From: Alphaproteobacteria bacterium
Lineage (GTDB): Bacteria > Pseudomonadota > Alphaproteobacteria > SHVP01
Reading direction: 5' to 3'
Length of the DNA: 64,000 nt
Assembly (NCBI GenBank): GCA_040216735.1
Contig: JAVJOO010000004.1
Coordinates: 121,396 to 185,395, forward strand
The notes beneath the pieces are model-generated. The model was not told the origin of the DNA and searched no databases. It saw only the letters and a list, made by a program, of their open reading frames with translations. Made by a program: the position numbers and the translations under genes. Shown here piece by piece: positions 28,638 to 37,653 of this stretch (its first letter is position 1; every line of letters begins with the position of its first letter).

Positions 28638-29426
28638 ATGGCCTACAAAGACATAAAGTATGCGGTGCGTGCGGGCGTCGCGACCATCACGATCAATCGG
28701 CCGCAGGTGCACAACGCTTTTCGCGGGCAGACTTGCGAAGAAATGGTCGATGCCTTCAACAAGGCGGCCTGGGACGACGACATCGGTGTCATCGTTCTGA
28801 CGGGAGCGGGCAAGAAAGCCTTCTCGTCTGGCGGCGACCAGGGCGCCCACGACCATGTCTATGACGGACGGGGCACCATCGGGTTGCCGGTCGAAGACCT
28901 GCATTCGATCATGCGCGATGCGCCCAAACCGGTGATTGCCAAGGTGCGCGGCTGGTGCATCGGCGGGGGCAACGTACTGGCGACGATCTGCGATCTCACG
29001 ATCGCGGGAGAGAGCGCGATCTTCGGCCAGGTTGGCCCGAAAATGGGATCGATCGACCCAGGATTCGGCACCAACCTTTTGGCGCGTCATGTCGGCCAGA
29101 AGAAAGCCAAGGAAATTTGGTTTCTTTGCCGCCGCTACAGCGCGTTCGAAGCGATGGAGATGGGGCTCGTCAACGCGGTCGTTCCTGATGCGCAACTCGA
29201 TGCCGAGGTGCGGCGCTGGTGCGACGAAATTCTGGAAATGAGCCCGACGGCAATCGCGTTAGGCAAGCGGGCATTCAACGCCGAGACCGAATCGATTCGC
29301 GGTCTTTCCAATTTGGGCAACATCGCGGTGCGGCTGTACTACGATTCCCCCGAAGGTCGCGAAGGCGAACGTGCTTTTCGCGCTAAGCGCAAACCCCGTT
29401 TCAGGAAGGTGGCGCAAAAGCGTTGA
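28638..29426 (+). CDS. Crotonase-fold enzyme, MenB / BadI-like (DHNA-CoA synthase or 2-ketocyclohexanecarboxyl-CoA hydrolase family)
   Basis: VLTGAGKKAFSSGGDQ and GWCIGGGNVLATICDL are MenB/BadI-type crotonase motifs. The start is 2 nt after the ligase stop. Confidence 0.7.
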   Translation: MAYKDIKYAVRAGVATITINRPQVHNAFRGQTCEEMVDAFNKAAWDDDIGVIVLTGAGKKAFSSGGDQGAHDHVYDGRGTIGLPVEDLHSIMRDAPKPVIAKVRGWCIGGGNVLATICDLTIAGESAIFGQVGPKMGSIDPGFGTNLLARHVGQKKAKEIWFLCRRYSAFEAMEMGLVNAVVPDAQLDAEVRRWCDEILEMSPTAIALGKRAFNAETESIRGLSNLGNIAVRLYYDSPEGREGERAFRAKRKPRFRKVAQKR

Positions 29427-30291
29427 GGGCGTCGGTTCTCGGTATCGACTCTTCGGCGATAAGGGCCCGCAGGTGATCGAGGGCGGCGGCGAGGTCGTCG
29501 CTCTTGTCGTCGCTGCGATAGACCGCAAATGCCGGTCGCGTGAATGCCGGGGCCGCGGCAATCCTGAATAGGATGCCTCGTTCGATTAGGGGCTGCACGA
29601 CTCGCGATGGGAAGTAACCAGCGCCGCCAAATTCCAAGATGTATTGGAGGCCGATCACGCCGACACTGACCTGGAGGCCGGCGGCGTCGGTATCGGCAAA
29701 GGTTTGCTGATGACTGTTGAGGAAGGCCGATCCCCAATCGACAAAGACATAGGGAACGTTGGGCGAGTCGGCGTAATTCTGAGCGCTGCTGACTAGAATC
29801 AGCGACTCGTCGAGCAGCGGTTCCACGATGAGGCCCGAACGGGACTCCGGCGAATACAGTACGGCGACATCGAGAAACCCTTCGGTCATCTGTCGCATGA
29901 GGCCCTCCGGTTGATCGACGTCGCCTTGCAGCGCGACATCCGGCATTGCCGTTCTCAGCCGTCCTAGCCAGCGGACCAGAACCCGATCCCACAAACTGAG
30001 TTGTCCCCCGATGCGCAGACTGGCGCGGTAGGTGGCAGGTAGAGCAACCTCCTGCTTTGCCTGTTGCCAAACCCGTAGAATTGCCGTGGCGTGGCGTCTC
30101 AGGCGCCGCCCAGCAGGCGTGAGAACTGCGCCGGCGCGACCGCGGACGAAAAGTTGCCGCCCTAGAGCCAGTTCGAGTTCTTTGATCCGTGCGCTGACCG
30201 TCGACTGGGTAACATTTAGGCGCTCAGCCGCCGCCACGAATGTCCCGGCTTCGATGATCTCCAAGAAGGTGCGTGCTTGGACGTCGTCCAT
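29401..30291 (-). CDS. LysR-family transcriptional regulator
   Basis: N-terminal HTH (FVAAAERLNVTQSTVSARIKELE) plus LysR substrate-binding domain. 296 aa. Confidence 0.85.
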   Translation of the reverse strand: MDDVQARTFLEIIEAGTFVAAAERLNVTQSTVSARIKELELALGRQLFVRGRAGAVLTPAGRRLRRHATAILRVWQQAKQEVALPATYRASLRIGGQLSLWDRVLVRWLGRLRTAMPDVALQGDVDQPEGLMRQMTEGFLDVAVLYSPESRSGLIVEPLLDESLILVSSAQNYADSPNVPYVFVDWGSAFLNSHQQTFADTDAAGLQVSVGVIGLQYILEFGGAGYFPSRVVQPLIERGILFRIAAAPAFTRPAFAVYRSDDKSDDLAAALDHLRALIAEESIPRTDALNAFAPPS

Positions 30292-30299
30292 GTTAATCC

Positions 30300-30314
30300 A
30301 TCGAAAAAAGCGAT
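30300..30314. promoter_or_regulatory. LysR-type T-N11-A box (ATCG-N7-CGAT) in the divergent intergenic region
   Basis: Palindrome atcgaaaaaagcgat a few nt upstream of the LysR start codon, in an unusually AT-rich 115-nt spacer. Confidence 0.3.
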
Positions 30315-30408
30315 AGTAAATACATAAAACATTCGTTTGTTCGATGAAAGGTCTGAGACTACATTTCGTTGTGCCAGCAGATGCTGGTTTTTTTGGAGAA
30401 GACCCTAC

Positions 30409-30516
30409 ATGGACACGAAGAAACCCGGCGCGAAACCCGCCGCGTCCGCGAAGCCCGCTGCAAAACCCGGCATTTCCGCGAAACCTGGCGCAAAACCCGG
30501 TTCGGGAAAGAAATAG
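30409..30516 (+). CDS. Candidate 35-aa Lys/Ala/Pro-repeat peptide (MDTKKPGAKPAASAKPAAKPGISAKPGAKPGSGKK)
   Basis: Below the ORF-track size cutoff. GGAGA Shine-Dalgarno 9 nt upstream of the ATG. Divergent from the LysR gene. A terminator-like hairpin plus U-run lies downstream. A competing antisense ORF (30405..30626, PGFA repeats) lacks a Shine-Dalgarno and uses the rare TTT codon. Confidence 0.3.
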   Translation: MDTKKPGAKPAASAKPAAKPGISAKPGAKPGSGKK

Positions 30517-30637
30517 CTGATCGGTAGCTTATTTTCCGCGGTCCTCCCGGCCTTCGGCGTGGCGCGGAAAAGATCATCGATCGGTTGGAACGGCGCGTGA
30601 CGAACCCCTAACGCGGTCCGCGCCATTTCCAGATCAA

Positions 30638-30677
30638 GGCCGTCCAGCTCTGCTGGACGGCCTTTCTCTATTTTGTG
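30638..30677 (+). terminator. Rho-independent terminator candidate (ggccgtccag-ctct-gctggacggcc then tttctctattttg)
   Basis: 10-bp GC-rich stem followed by a T-rich run. Overlaps the 3' end of the convergent dehydratase gene, so it may act bidirectionally. Confidence 0.45.
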
Positions 30678-31651
30678 TCCGGGCTCTCGGGGTCGACGAG
30701 TAGGCGCTGAACCATAGCCGGGGTGATGTTGCCGCCGGTTACGAGGGCAACGGTCTTCTTCCCTGCGCTAACCCGCCCGGACAGGAATCCCGCAGCGGCG
30801 ACGACGCCGGCCGGCTCTCCCAAAACCTTTCCACGGTACAAGAGCGTACGAAACGCCGACTCGATATCGATCTCGGTGACAAGAACGATCTCGTCGACGT
30901 AGCGCTGGACATGGGCAAACGGGAATGCCCCAGGCCGCACGGCGGAAAGCCCATCTGCAATACTGTCCCAATAGTCGATCGTCGCCGGTGTCCCGGCACG
31001 CAACGAAACGTAGGCCGCGTTGGCGCGCTCGGGCTGCACGCCGATGACGGCAACGTGCGGTGCGCTCTCCTTGATCGCTGTGGCGACACCGGCGATCAGG
31101 CCGCTACTGCTGACCGGCACCAGGACCTGTTCCACATCGGGCATTTGATCGAGTAGTTCCAGGCCCAGGCTCCCGTGCCCGGCGGGGATGGGGCGTTCCT
31201 CCCATGTATCGATGACGGTCATGCCCCGCTCCCGGGCGACGGCCTCGGCAGCCGGTTGCCGCGCCAGTGCATCGTTGCCGCAAAACACCACTTCTGCGCC
31301 ATACCCGCGTGCCGCCTCGACCTTAAAGGGGCTGGTGCGGTCCATCATGACGACGACGATCGGGATATCGTGGCGCTGGCCGGCGAGCGCGAAGGCTTGG
31401 GCGAAGTTGCCGGAGGACGTCAGCACCAGGCCGTGCTTGAGATTCTGCGGGCCCATGACACGGATTGTGTTGAACGCCGCCCGCACTTTGTATGCCCCGG
31501 TGACCTGAAGATTCTCAAGCTTCAGGTAAAGCGATTCGCGCCCGATCTCCGAGGGCGTGCGGGCGAGGGGGACGATCGGGGTGCGCCGAACTATCGCCGG
31601 CAAATTTTCATGGGCGGCGCGAATCTCTTCCAAGGTGACGAATTGGGTCAT
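30668..31651 (-). CDS. PLP-dependent threonine/serine dehydratase (threonine ammonia-lyase / serine racemase family)
   Basis: PLP-lysine motif LQVTGAYKVRAAFN and a glycine loop. 327 aa, no ACT regulatory domain. Confidence 0.8.
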   Translation of the reverse strand: MTQFVTLEEIRAAHENLPAIVRRTPIVPLARTPSEIGRESLYLKLENLQVTGAYKVRAAFNTIRVMGPQNLKHGLVLTSSGNFAQAFALAGQRHDIPIVVVMMDRTSPFKVEAARGYGAEVVFCGNDALARQPAAEAVARERGMTVIDTWEERPIPAGHGSLGLELLDQMPDVEQVLVPVSSSGLIAGVATAIKESAPHVAVIGVQPERANAAYVSLRAGTPATIDYWDSIADGLSAVRPGAFPFAHVQRYVDEIVLVTEIDIESAFRTLLYRGKVLGEPAGVVAAAGFLSGRVSAGKKTVALVTGGNITPAMVQRLLVDPESPDTK

Positions 31652-32289
31652 ACCACCAGTCCGGTAATGGCGAAGGATTCGATGACGCGCACGCCCGCTT
31701 CCTTCATCGCGGTAACCGCGCCGTTAACGCCCCGCTCATCGAGACCCCGGCAAGCATCGACGATCAGTACGGTGTCGAAGCCATGATTGCGCGCATCCAT
31801 TGCGCTGAAGCGGACGCAGACGTCGGTTGCCAGACCAGTCAGGAAGACGCGGTCGATCCCACGCTCGCGCAGGTATCCGGACAAGCCGGTGGTCGTCGTG
31901 CGGTCGTTCTCGAAGAAGGCCGAGTACGAATCGATCTCAGGGCGAAACCCCTTGCGAATCACCAAGTGGGCGCGACCCTGGTCGAGGGCGGGATGAAAGG
32001 CGGCGCCGTCGGTCCCCTGGACACAATGGTCGGGCCACAACACTTGGTCGCCGTAATCGAGCGTGACCGTCTCGAAGGCCTTTCGACCGCGGTGTTGCGC
32101 GGCAAAAGAGGTGTGGTTCGCGGGATGCCAATCCTGCGTCAGGACGACGTTGTCGAAGTGAGTCTGAAGCCGGTTGACGATCGGTATGATCCCATCGCCC
32201 TCGGGCACGGCAAGGGCGCCGCCAGGGCAAAAATCGTTCTGGATGTCGATCGCCAACAGAACGTCGGTTTTGGAAGGCGCAAGGCGCAT
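31648..32289 (-). CDS. pncA: Nicotinamidase / pyrazinamidase (isochorismatase family)
   Basis: VLLAIDIQNDFCPGGALAVPEGD...DWHPANHTSF matches E. coli PncA closely. Real start M50 of the track ORF. Four-nt ATGA overlap with the dehydratase start. Confidence 0.8.
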   Translation of the reverse strand: MRLAPSKTDVLLAIDIQNDFCPGGALAVPEGDGIIPIVNRLQTHFDNVVLTQDWHPANHTSFAAQHRGRKAFETVTLDYGDQVLWPDHCVQGTDGAAFHPALDQGRAHLVIRKGFRPEIDSYSAFFENDRTTTTGLSGYLRERGIDRVFLTGLATDVCVRFSAMDARNHGFDTVLIVDACRGLDERGVNGAVTAMKEAGVRVIESFAITGLVV

Positions 32290-32493
32290 CAAGTCTCTTT
32301 CGGGTTCGCTTCGGGTCGGGAGACGAGTGGGAAGTATGCGGCGTGGCCCCAACTTGTCCAACGAAACTGTGGGCTGCGGCGCAGCGTGGGCGCCGCCGAT
32401 CAAGTCGATTGGATCGGTTGACCCGGGCGCATACACTCCTGCGCGTCCGCCGCGACCTTCCTATTTCCGTCCCGCTATCCAAGGATCACGCCC

Positions 32494-33477
32494 ATGGCTA
32501 CCAAGGTACTGCCGATCGCGCATTCGATTCTCGATTCGCCGGCGCTGCGCGATCTCATCGCCGACGCTTACGAGTTGCCGCAGCCCGTCCATTGCGAACT
32601 GCTGACTCGGGGTATGAACGATGTCTACCTCGTCCGCGGCGGTGAGACGACTTACGCCAGCCGGGTCTGGCGGGCAGGGTTCCGGAGCGAAGCGGATGTG
32701 GCGTACGAGACGGCCTTCTTGAACTTCCTCGATGCGGCTGGCTTCCCCGTTCCCGAAGCGGTGCCGACCCGCGCCGGTACCCTCTATGTGCCGCTTCTGG
32801 CCCCCGAGGGTCAGCGCCACCTATCGCTGTTTCGTTGGGTCGCCGGTACGCCGTTCGCGGAGGACCCGGACCCGGCGATCGCGCACCGCCTGGGGGCCCT
32901 TTTTGGGCGCTTGCACCTGGCCGCCAAGGGATTCGCGCCGAAAGCCGTGCGTCAGATCGACAGTGCGGGCCAGCTCCGTCGTGGACTTCCCGCGCTACAA
33001 CGCATGGTGGCCCACCGCGAAGGCGATAGCGCGTGGTACGCGCGCGCGGTAGAGGCGATGGCCACTGCGTTGAAAAAGCTTCCCGAAAAGGACGCACCGA
33101 AGGGGCCGAGTCACGGCGACTTCCATTGCCACAACGCCTTCATCGAAAACGACGAGATCACACTGCTCGATTTCGACAACTGCGGTGTCGACCATTGGGC
33201 CGCGGAGATCGTCAGCTTCACCTGGGCCAACGATTACATCGGCGGCTTCGACCCAGCCGTCAACGAATCGTTCGTCGCGGGCTACGAGAGCGAACGACCG
33301 ATGGGGGCGGCCGAACGCGCGCTGCTTCCTCTATTCTATGCGGCCAAAGAGCTGCGCTTCTTGATCGGTTTTGCAAACAACGTGAACGCCGTCGGCCACA
33401 CGCCGCTGCTCAATCCCGACTTGGATTGGTTTGCCGAGCGCACCCGCCGCCACATCGGCGCTCTGGGCATTCTTTAA
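32494..33477 (+). CDS. APH-fold phosphotransferase (aminoglycoside phosphotransferase / homoserine kinase II-like), paralog 1
   Basis: Brenner-type catalytic motif HGDFHCHNAF and DFDNCGVDHWAAE. 327 aa. Confidence 0.75.
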   Translation: MATKVLPIAHSILDSPALRDLIADAYELPQPVHCELLTRGMNDVYLVRGGETTYASRVWRAGFRSEADVAYETAFLNFLDAAGFPVPEAVPTRAGTLYVPLLAPEGQRHLSLFRWVAGTPFAEDPDPAIAHRLGALFGRLHLAAKGFAPKAVRQIDSAGQLRRGLPALQRMVAHREGDSAWYARAVEAMATALKKLPEKDAPKGPSHGDFHCHNAFIENDEITLLDFDNCGVDHWAAEIVSFTWANDYIGGFDPAVNESFVAGYESERPMGAAERALLPLFYAAKELRFLIGFANNVNAVGHTPLLNPDLDWFAERTRRHIGALGIL

Positions 33478-33486
33478 CCGGCGCGG

Positions 33487-34758
33487 ATGATCGCCGAGAC
33501 CGACCCGCCGCAGCCCGCGGCGCACGATAGCCCCTACCGCTGGGTCGTTCTGAGTGGAATCTGGTTGATCTATTTTTCCTTCGGTCTCCAGATCAATGCA
33601 CTGGCGCCCCTGGTCGGTCCGATCAGCGTCGATCTTGGCCTCAGTTACTCGGCGATGGGGACGGTTCTGAGCGCGTGGCCGCTCTTTTATGTTTTCGCCT
33701 CCATCCCGTGCGGCGCGCTGGTCGATCGGATCGGGACGCGGCGCGCGCTCCTCATCGCGGCAGCGGTGATGTCGGCCTCGGCGCTCGCCCGCGTCGCTGC
33801 TGTCGATTTCTGGAGCCTATTTTTCGCGATCGCCCTCTTCGGTATCGGCGGTCCGTTGCTCTCGATCACGGCACCCAAAGCAGTCGCTAAGTGGTTCGTC
33901 GGACGCGAGCGCGGCTTGGCGATGGGGATCTACTTCACCGGCGTATCGATTGGCAGTGTCGCCGCCCTCGCTTTGTCGAACACTGTCTTGATGCCGCTCG
34001 CCGACGGTAACTGGCGGCTGGTGCTCTTTTTCTACGCGGCGATTACGGGGGTGGGCGGCGCGTACTGGTATGCCATTTCGCGCCGTAAAACGTTCCGCCG
34101 CGCGGATACCGGCGCGGACGAGGCGGGCAGGGGCACCGTGCGCCAACAAATCGCGGTATTCGGCTATCTGCTACGTATCCCCGCGGTAGTGCTCATTCTG
34201 TTGATGAGTATGGGCATGTTCTATTTCTACGATTCCACCACGAATTGGTTGCCCGAAATTCTCATCGCCCATGGATTGGCGCCGGGGCAGGCCGGCCTCT
34301 GGGCCGCAGCGCCGGTCGCGGTTGGGGTCGCCGCGTCTTTGCTCATTCCCCGCCTAGCGACGCCCGAGCGGCGCGGCGTCATTCTGTTGATGCTGTTCGT
34401 GTGTGTTGGGTTGGGGGCGGTGCTTCTGCTGTCGTCGAACCCGATCGCACTGGGCGGCGCATTTATCGGCCACGGGATCGCGCGCGGCGCCCTGATGACT
34501 GTCGCCCTAATGATGCTCATGGAAACCAAGGGTATTGCCGCCCATCAAATCGGTGCGGCGGGCGGGCTCTTCTTTACGGCGGCCGAGATCGGCGGCGTCT
34601 TCGGGCCATTGAGCTTTGGCGTTCTCTTCGATATCACCGGGACGTTTGCGGCACCCCTTTTCGTCCTGACAGGGGTTAGTGTCGCGCTTATCATCTTGCT
34701 CGGCCTACATCGGCGCGCGGTCGAACGCGACGCACCGCATGTCGCCGCGGTAACCTAA
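33487..34758 (+). CDS. MFS transporter (12 TM), first of a tandem pair
   Basis: MFS loop motif VDRIGTRRAL and 12 predicted TM segments. 423 aa. Confidence 0.75.
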   Translation: MIAETDPPQPAAHDSPYRWVVLSGIWLIYFSFGLQINALAPLVGPISVDLGLSYSAMGTVLSAWPLFYVFASIPCGALVDRIGTRRALLIAAAVMSASALARVAAVDFWSLFFAIALFGIGGPLLSITAPKAVAKWFVGRERGLAMGIYFTGVSIGSVAALALSNTVLMPLADGNWRLVLFFYAAITGVGGAYWYAISRRKTFRRADTGADEAGRGTVRQQIAVFGYLLRIPAVVLILLMSMGMFYFYDSTTNWLPEILIAHGLAPGQAGLWAAAPVAVGVAASLLIPRLATPERRGVILLMLFVCVGLGAVLLLSSNPIALGGAFIGHGIARGALMTVALMMLMETKGIAAHQIGAAGGLFFTAAEIGGVFGPLSFGVLFDITGTFAAPLFVLTGVSVALIILLGLHRRAVERDAPHVAAVT

Positions 34759-34761
34759 GGA

Positions 34762-36036
34762 ATGACGGTTCTGACCAGTACACCCAGCGACGCCCGCGTG
34801 ATCGATCCGGCCGGACACCCGTTTCGTTGGGCCATGCTGGGGGGCGTCTGGTTAATCTATTTTTCGTTCGGATTGCTATCGGCATCGATGGCGCCGCTCG
34901 TCGCGCGCATCACGGCGGATCTCGAGATCAGTCACACCGCGATGGGCAGCATCCTGGGAGCATGGCCCCTGGTGTATATCGTTGTGGCAATCCCATGCGG
35001 TGCGTTCGTCGACCGGGTTGGCCTGAAATGGTCGTTGTTCCTGGCTGCGTTGATCATGGCGACGTCGGGGGGACTGCGTGCAGTCGCACCCGATTTCTGG
35101 ACCATGTTCCTCGCGGTCGGAATTTTCGGGATCGGGGGCCCGCTGATTTCCATCGGTGCGCCGAAGGCGATTGCGCAATGGTTCAAAGGCCCCGAACGCG
35201 GCCTCGCGATGGGCATCTATATCACCGGCCCTGCGCTCGGCAGTGTCCTGTCGCTCTCGTTGACCAATAGTGTGCTGCTGCCGTTGGTGGGCGGTGAATG
35301 GCGTTCGGTCCTACTGGTTCATGCCGGCTTGGTGGTCGCCGCTGGATTCGCATGGCTGCTCGTGGCGATGAACCCGATCAACCGCGCCGTCGAGGCCACG
35401 CACCGGCGCCGTGGCTCGATGGGCGAGCAGATCGCGGTCTTCGGTACGCTGCTGCGGATTCCGTCTGTCGTACTCGTGCTGATGATGAGCGTTGGGATAT
35501 TTTTCTTCTATCACGGCATGGGAAACTGGCTGCCCGAGTTGCTGCGGCACGGTGGCATGGCGCCCTCGGCGGCGGGTCTCTGGGCCTCGTTACCCGTGAT
35601 CGTCGGGATCGTCGGGTCGCTGGTGGTACCGCGCTTGGCCACACCGGGCCGCCGGTTCGCGATTCTGCTGATTTTGTTCGTCAGCATCGCCCTCGGCGCG
35701 ATCCTACTGTTCAGCCCGGCGATGCCGAGCATCGTCGCCTCGCTCATCGTGCAGGGGCTGGGGCGCGGTTCTTTGATGGCCGTGGCGATGCTCATCTTGA
35801 TGGAGACCCGCGGCGTGGAGGCCCAACATATGGGCGCGGCAGGTGGTCTGTTTTTCTCGGCTGCCGAGATCGGCGGCGTCCTTGGGCCGCTTACGATCGG
35901 CATGGTTTCGGACCTTACCGGTGGGTTCGACGGCGCCCTGTGGATGATGATCGCGATCAGCGGCGCCCTGGTGCTGCTGCTGTTCGCCCATCGCGCAGCC
36001 GAACGCCGGGCGGCTCTCCTGGCCGGTGCGAATTGA
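34762..36036 (+). CDS. MFS transporter, tandem paralog
   Basis: VDRVGLKWSL. About 50% identity to the upstream transporter. 424 aa. Confidence 0.75.
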   Translation: MTVLTSTPSDARVIDPAGHPFRWAMLGGVWLIYFSFGLLSASMAPLVARITADLEISHTAMGSILGAWPLVYIVVAIPCGAFVDRVGLKWSLFLAALIMATSGGLRAVAPDFWTMFLAVGIFGIGGPLISIGAPKAIAQWFKGPERGLAMGIYITGPALGSVLSLSLTNSVLLPLVGGEWRSVLLVHAGLVVAAGFAWLLVAMNPINRAVEATHRRRGSMGEQIAVFGTLLRIPSVVLVLMMSVGIFFFYHGMGNWLPELLRHGGMAPSAAGLWASLPVIVGIVGSLVVPRLATPGRRFAILLILFVSIALGAILLFSPAMPSIVASLIVQGLGRGSLMAVAMLILMETRGVEAQHMGAAGGLFFSAAEIGGVLGPLTIGMVSDLTGGFDGALWMMIAISGALVLLLFAHRAAERRAALLAGAN

Positions 36037-36039
36037 CGT

Positions 36040-36417
36040 TTACTTGGTGAAGTGCGGGTTAAGAATCACGCCAAACGGGTTGCCGAATGGGTCGAACACG
36101 GCCGCCACGACGATGCCGCCGCCGACATCGTGCGGGGGTTCCAGCGCGGTTGCTCCCAAACCCAGTAATCGCTGATAGGCGGCTTCGGCGTCGCCGACGC
36201 CCCAATAACAAAGCATCGTCGGTGTCGCCGGCGGCGCAGTCTCAGCGGGCATCAAGCCAAGCTCGTAGCCCGACACACTGAAGCCGACATAAAAGGATTC
36301 GTCGAACGAGGGTGGAGAGCCGAGAACCTCGGTGTACCACGCCTTTGCAGCGTCCAAATCGGCGACCCGGTAAATGCATGTTTGAAGGTTGAGGAACGGA
36401 CTTGTCGCGTCGGTCAT
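36040..36417 (-). CDS. VOC-family protein (glyoxalase-like)
   Basis: CIYRVADLDAAKAWYTEVLG...GGGIVVAAVFDPFGNPFGVI. Starts at MTDATSPF. Confidence 0.7.
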   Translation of the reverse strand: MTDATSPFLNLQTCIYRVADLDAAKAWYTEVLGSPPSFDESFYVGFSVSGYELGLMPAETAPPATPTMLCYWGVGDAEAAYQRLLGLGATALEPPHDVGGGIVVAAVFDPFGNPFGVILNPHFTK

Positions 36418-36538
36418 GGGAACCCTCCTTCGGTGCGGCATCAGTGTAGCGCGCCCCGCCCTTGCGCGCTGTCGGCACTATGCCAGCATTGCGTCGGGGG
36501 CGGCGCCGGGTAGGATGATGAGATACAGGGGAGGAACG

Positions 36539-37528
36539 ATGAACCAACACGTTATTCCGGCGGCCCATACCATTCTTGACGCCGTCGCGTTGGGCGAAGC
36601 GATCAACGCCCACTATGGATTGGGCACCCCATTCGTTTGCGAACTGCTGCACCGAGGGATGAACGATTTTTACCTCGTCCGTGCAGCCGGAAAAAAGTAT
36701 GTGGCGCAGGTTTGGCGACCGGGTACGACGCCTGTCGACAAGGTCGACTACCAAATGGATTTTATGCTGCACCTAGATGCGGGGGGGATTCCTCTGCCGG
36801 TACCGCAGCGCGGAGCGGACGGATCGGGTCACTTGATCGTCGCTGGTCCCGAAGGCGAGCGCCCCGTCGCTCTATTTCGGTTCGTCGAAGGTAAGGCGTT
36901 CTCGTCGGACCCGACCGCGTCGGTGTCGCGCAAGATGGGCGTGATCTTCGGTCAGATTCATAAACTTTCGGAAGGCTGGGACCGGACGAAAGAGGCGCGC
37001 TTGATCGACCGCGAAAAGGGAATTGCGAGTTCCTTTCCCTACCTTGAAAAACTGGCCGCCCATCGCCCCGACGACCTCGCCTACTACCGCGAGGTGGCCG
37101 ACGCGGTGACGGCGGGGTACCGCACGGTGAGGACGGCGGGGAACGTACCGTCGGGCGCTATCCATGGCGATTTCCATATCCACAATGCGTTCGTGCGGGC
37201 GAATGACGACGTAACCATCATGGATTTCGATGCCTGCGGCCTGGATTATTTCGCCCAGGAACTCATGAGCTACCGTTGGTCGATCGAGAAGAACGATTTG
37301 CCGATGTCGCTGTGGGAGGTGTTCTTGGAGGGGTACGAGACGGTGCGGCCGCTCTCCGATCTCGAGCGCAGCCATATCCCGCTGTTCCTGGTCGGCAAGG
37401 AGTTTCAGTACCTGTGCGGCTTTTCACGCGCGGTCAACGCGATCGGCCATGTCGCGTTCCATTTTCCAGGCTTCGACTGGTTCGCCGAAAGCGTGCGCCG
37501 CCATGTCGACGACGCCAAACTGCTTTAG
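36539..37528 (+). CDS. APH-fold phosphotransferase, paralog 2
   Basis: HGDFHIHNAF and DFDACGLDYFAQE. GGGAGGAA Shine-Dalgarno before the ATG at 36539. The upstream 50 aa of the track ORF are an artefact. Confidence 0.75.
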   Translation: MNQHVIPAAHTILDAVALGEAINAHYGLGTPFVCELLHRGMNDFYLVRAAGKKYVAQVWRPGTTPVDKVDYQMDFMLHLDAGGIPLPVPQRGADGSGHLIVAGPEGERPVALFRFVEGKAFSSDPTASVSRKMGVIFGQIHKLSEGWDRTKEARLIDREKGIASSFPYLEKLAAHRPDDLAYYREVADAVTAGYRTVRTAGNVPSGAIHGDFHIHNAFVRANDDVTIMDFDACGLDYFAQELMSYRWSIEKNDLPMSLWEVFLEGYETVRPLSDLERSHIPLFLVGKEFQYLCGFSRAVNAIGHVAFHFPGFDWFAESVRRHVDDAKLL

Positions 37529-37653
37529 GGACTCTGCACCGCGAAAAAGCGATTTGCGTCCAAGGAATTCGACAACGGCCCTGGGCCAATGGGGCCGATT
37601 GCTGTTAGAACACCGCTACTAGCGCCCCTTCAGTTCCCTAAGCGAGTCCGCCG

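Noticed and set aside
30405-30626. Minus-strand 73-aa ORF with PGFA repeats, antisense to the K/A/P peptide
   Set aside because: It lacks a Shine-Dalgarno and relies on the rare TTT codon for its many Phe residues in a high-GC genome. The plus-strand reading has Shine-Dalgarno and terminator support. I keep it as an alternative only.
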